Shown here piece by piece: positions 60,663-64,000 of a stretch of 64,000 nt of DNA. The notes below the pieces were generated by a model that saw nothing but the letters and a program-made list of their open reading frames with translations, was not told where the DNA came from and did no database searches. The stretch is from the human T2T-CHM13v2.0 reference genome, Homo sapiens. The stretch lies in assembly GCF_009914755.1 (NCBI RefSeq), contig NC_060934.1; one strand, given 5' to 3'. How positions within the stretch are numbered: the first letter of the stretch is position 1; every line of letters starts with the position of its first letter. The position numbers were made by a program, and so were the translations under genes.

Positions 60663-62016
60663 GTCCCGTGTTGCTTTTTCTTCCTTTCCCTTCTCCTGCC
60701 ACCTTTGAAATGCTAACTCAGGGGAGCGGCCTCCTGTATAGCCTGTTATTTGAGATCAAGCTCATTAGAAATCCTGGAATTTCACTGTATCACACGCTGT
60801 CACAAAACACTAAGCCGTTCATTGAGAGGAGAAAAACAGCCTTTTGGACTTTCTACTGTAATAAAGGATTTATCCCTCAACATTTTAAGACGGGATTATA
60901 TCAACGCTTTGCCTTCCTCAAAACTTTAAGAAGCCCCTCTGCTCTGAGCTGAGCTGAGAGGGGCTCCCCACAGAAAAGCGTTGCTTCTGCCCTTCGAGTT
61001 GCTTCCTTGTAAAGAAGGCTGCTAAGAGCCTAAAACAAAACGCGCCGAGTTTAAGCCCTTTCTATTTCCCTTTAACGCTTCCGCAAATGCCAAGAGAAAT
61101 CGTACCACCGCAGTGATATCATTATTTACATTTAATTTTTAAAAATTAAAACTCAACAGCCACGCCCATTAAGATGCAGCGATGGGCAGCCCCGGCCACA
61201 GAGGCTGCGGGAGGCTGGAGGGGTTTTGTCAGCCGCAGTCACAGCCCCGCGGAGCTGGCGGCATTTCAGGGCAGGAGACGGGTCCCCCGAGCCCCCGGCT
61301 GGGCGCTGCGGGCCTTGCCCAGGGGGCCTCCGGCTCCCTGACCCCGCGTGACCCACGGGAGGCCCCGCCGCTCCGCGGGCGGAATTATTTCGGATTTCTC
61401 TTTGCGGTCCTAGTTCGGAAGAAACTGCTTTCCACCGCGGGAAGATCTGGCGGGATGGTGACCGAAGGGCCTCCGTGCAGCGGATCAGACCCGGTTCCAC
61501 CGGCTGAGCCCAGGGCGGGCCTATGGGATCCGCTGATGCGCAGAGGGACTTTGGAAATAATCAGAGCGAAGCCCTCGGCCGAGCGGGAACGGGTGCCCGG
61601 TGGCAACGAGTACGTGGCCCCAAAGCGGGAAAACGGAAGAAGAAAAACCTCCCGCGGGGACTCGAGGCGGGTACGCGGCTCACCCGCCCTTTCGGGAACC
61701 CCCAAGCGCGTCCGAATCCGCCCCGAGGCGAGGCGGGCCGGGCCGTACCTGCTGCTCCGTCCCCGGCTCCGTCCCGGGCTCCTGGCGGCTGTCGCTGCGG
61801 TTCCTTCCCGCGGGCCGGGCCCCTTCCCTGCGCCTTCGCCGCCTCCTCGCGCCTGCCCGGGGCCCGCAGCCTCCGCACCGGGAACCCGGAGGACCCGAGG
61901 CGGGCGCAGGGGCGAAGCCGGGGCCGGGGAGGGGCCGCCTCGCTCCGGGTTCGAGACGGAAGAAACACGCGGCGCAGGCTCCGGAGCGACGGCTCCGACG
62001 GGGACCCGTTAAATAA

Positions 62017-62022
62017 TTTATT
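62017..62022 (-). terminator. Proximal NKX6-2 poly(A) signal
   Basis: tttatt (AATAAA on -) in a lone AT-rich patch about 80 nt past the stop, with an upstream UGUA (taca 62028-62031). Confidence 0.65.
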
Positions 62023-62102
62023 GATGATACAAAGCGACTCGCGCCCACCCGGGGCCGCCCCCGGATTCTGCAAAAATAGATTCGCCCCCACCCCGCGGGT
62101 CC

Positions 62103-62462
<360 letters not shown>

Positions 62463-62466
62463 TCAC

Positions 62467-62639
62467 CTTCACCTGGCTCTCGGTCATGCCCAGCGAGTAG
62501 GCGAGACGCGCGCGCTCCGGGCCCGCCAGGTACTTGGTCTGCTCGAAGGTTTTCTCCAGCGCGAAGATCTGCTGGCCCGAGAAGGTCGGGCGCGAGTGCT
62601 TCTTCTTCCCGTCCTTGTCCAGGACGCCGCCGGCCGGGG
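62467..62639 (-). CDS. NKX6-2: NKX6-2 exon 2 (173 nt): [58 protein letters not shown]
   Basis: NK6-class homeodomain helices 1-2; acceptor cttgcag| and donor AAG|gtgagc. Confidence 0.98.
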
Positions 62640-62729
62640 CTGCAAGGGAGGGGAAGGGAGGGAGGTCAGCGGCCGGCGGGGTCCCCCTCCGCGCCCACCC
62701 GCCCCGCACCCCCCGCGCGGGCCACTCAC

Positions 62730-63135
62730 CCGGGCCAGCCAGACGCGGGTCCCTCCAGGGCGCGCCCTGCACCACGCCGGGCCAGAAGATGGGCGGGCGC
62801 CCCGGCAGCTCGGCCAGGGGCTTGGGGTAGCCGCGCGCCACAGCGGCCGCGGGCCCGAAGTAAACGCCGGCGGACGACGCGAGCCCGTTGAGCCGGGGCA
62901 GCCCCCCCAGGAGGCCCCCGCCCGCCGCGCCCACGGGCCGGCCCAGGATGTCGCTGATGCCGTGCGGGGTCCCGAGCGGGAGCTGCGCGCCCAGGCCCCC
63001 CAGCGCGGGCGCCTTGAAGCCGGCCGGACCCTGCAGCGCGTAGGGGAACAGCGACGTCTTCATCTCGGCCATGTTGTGCAGCGCGGCCAGCGGGGCACTG
63101 CTCAGCACGAACGCGCCCGGGCGGTTAGTGTCCAT
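62730..63135 (-). CDS. NKX6-2: NKX6-2 exon 1 coding part (406 nt): [27 protein letters not shown]...[12 protein letters not shown]...PIFWPGV
   Basis: ATG in gcgcccATGG context; eh1/TN Groucho motif HGISDIL; donor G|gtgagt; 406+173+255=834 nt = 277 aa plus stop. Confidence 0.98.
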
Positions 63136-63354
63136 GGGCGCCGCCGCCGCCGGCCCGGGCTCCCATCCGGGCCCCGCCGCCGCCGCCCCTGCCCGCCGGC
63201 CCGGGAAGTTTGCGCGCGGCCCGGGCGGGCGTCGGCTGCAGCGCGGGGCGCGGGGCGCGGGGGGCGGGCGGGCGGCTCCGGCGCGGGGCGGGCGGGCGGG
63301 CGGCGGCGGCGGCGGCTCCGGGGCCGGTCGGAGCGGCGCCGCGCGGGACGGACG

Positions 63355-63640
63355 CGCTGATAACGGGGGCTCCCCGGGGCGCGGCGCGCGCGCTGATTGG
63401 CTGCGGACCCCGCGGTCCGGCCATTGGCCGGCGCCCCCCCCCCGCCCGCGCGCCCCCGCCGGCCGCGCACTCCATGAAGGGCCCATTAGCGCGGCAGGTG
63501 CCTCCCGGGCTGTAAATTCGCCCCGATTTATCTCCCCGGGGACGAAATAAATCCCGCTTGGATGGGAGTGTAGTTAGGCAAAGGTTTTCATGCGAAATCA
63601 GGAAAAAATACGAGAACGTATTTTATTAACGGAAAGAATG
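63355..63640 (-). promoter_or_regulatory. NKX6-2 proximal promoter
   Basis: Two CCAAT boxes on - (attgg 63396-63400 and 63423-63427), GC boxes, and upstream AT-rich homeodomain-type sites (cattag, gatttatc, aataaatc); the TSS itself cannot be read from sequence. Confidence 0.65.
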
Positions 63641-64000
63641 CAGATTTGAGGACCCGCCCGCGCGCTCGGAGCGCCCCACTCGGGGAAGAGTCCCGGCCCG
63701 CGTCCCAGTCGCGACTGCTCCGCCGCCCGTGGCTGGGGTGGGTGTGAGCGGCAGCGGACGCCGGCGGGGAACGCGCTCCGGGCAGGTCGGGGCCACAGGA
63801 GGGCGGAGGACGCGGGCCTCGAGTCCACGGAATCCACGGGCCTCACGGCCGGGCGAGGCTCGCACGGAGCTGCCTCTGGTTTCGGCGACACGCGGCCGGC
63901 GCGGTGGAGGAGTGAGGCAGGCGGGAGCGGGGCGGGGAGGCGGGTCCCGGGACCACACGCGCGGCTCGGCACTTCCCCGTCATCGGCCTCCAGGTCTCCC

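Overview
This is GC-rich, Alu-containing primate (human-like) genomic DNA. I recognise it as the INPP5A / NKX6-2 locus (human 10q26.3, subtelomeric). The + strand carries the last seven coding exons and the 3'UTR exon of INPP5A (type I inositol-1,4,5-trisphosphate 5-phosphatase). The spliced frame runs cleanly through the GDFNFR, PAWCDRIL and GDHKPV motifs to a CVVQ CAAX end. The - strand carries the complete 3-exon, 277-codon homeobox gene NKX6-2 inside a CpG island, convergent with INPP5A. The introns hold more than 20 minisatellite or low-complexity arrays (roughly 10 kb), five Alu/FLAM copies, a near full-length Tigger3-type transposon, an MLT1 LTR, and old L1 and hAT fossils. Almost all entries in the ORF track are GC or repeat artefacts. 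I see no prokaryote-type system and no CRISPR array. The best leads are regulatory hypotheses: (1) an internal donor that swaps the CAAX tail; (2) a VNTR made of 5' splice sites behind a candidate poison exon; (3) intronic polyadenylation helped by an antisense Alu tail; (4) overlapping convergent 3' ends; (5) an in-frame, stop-free NKX6-2 intron; (6) homeodomain/PBX/SOX motif islands that look like NKX6-2 enhancers inside INPP5A. Exon numbers follow my recollection of the 16-exon INPP5A model.
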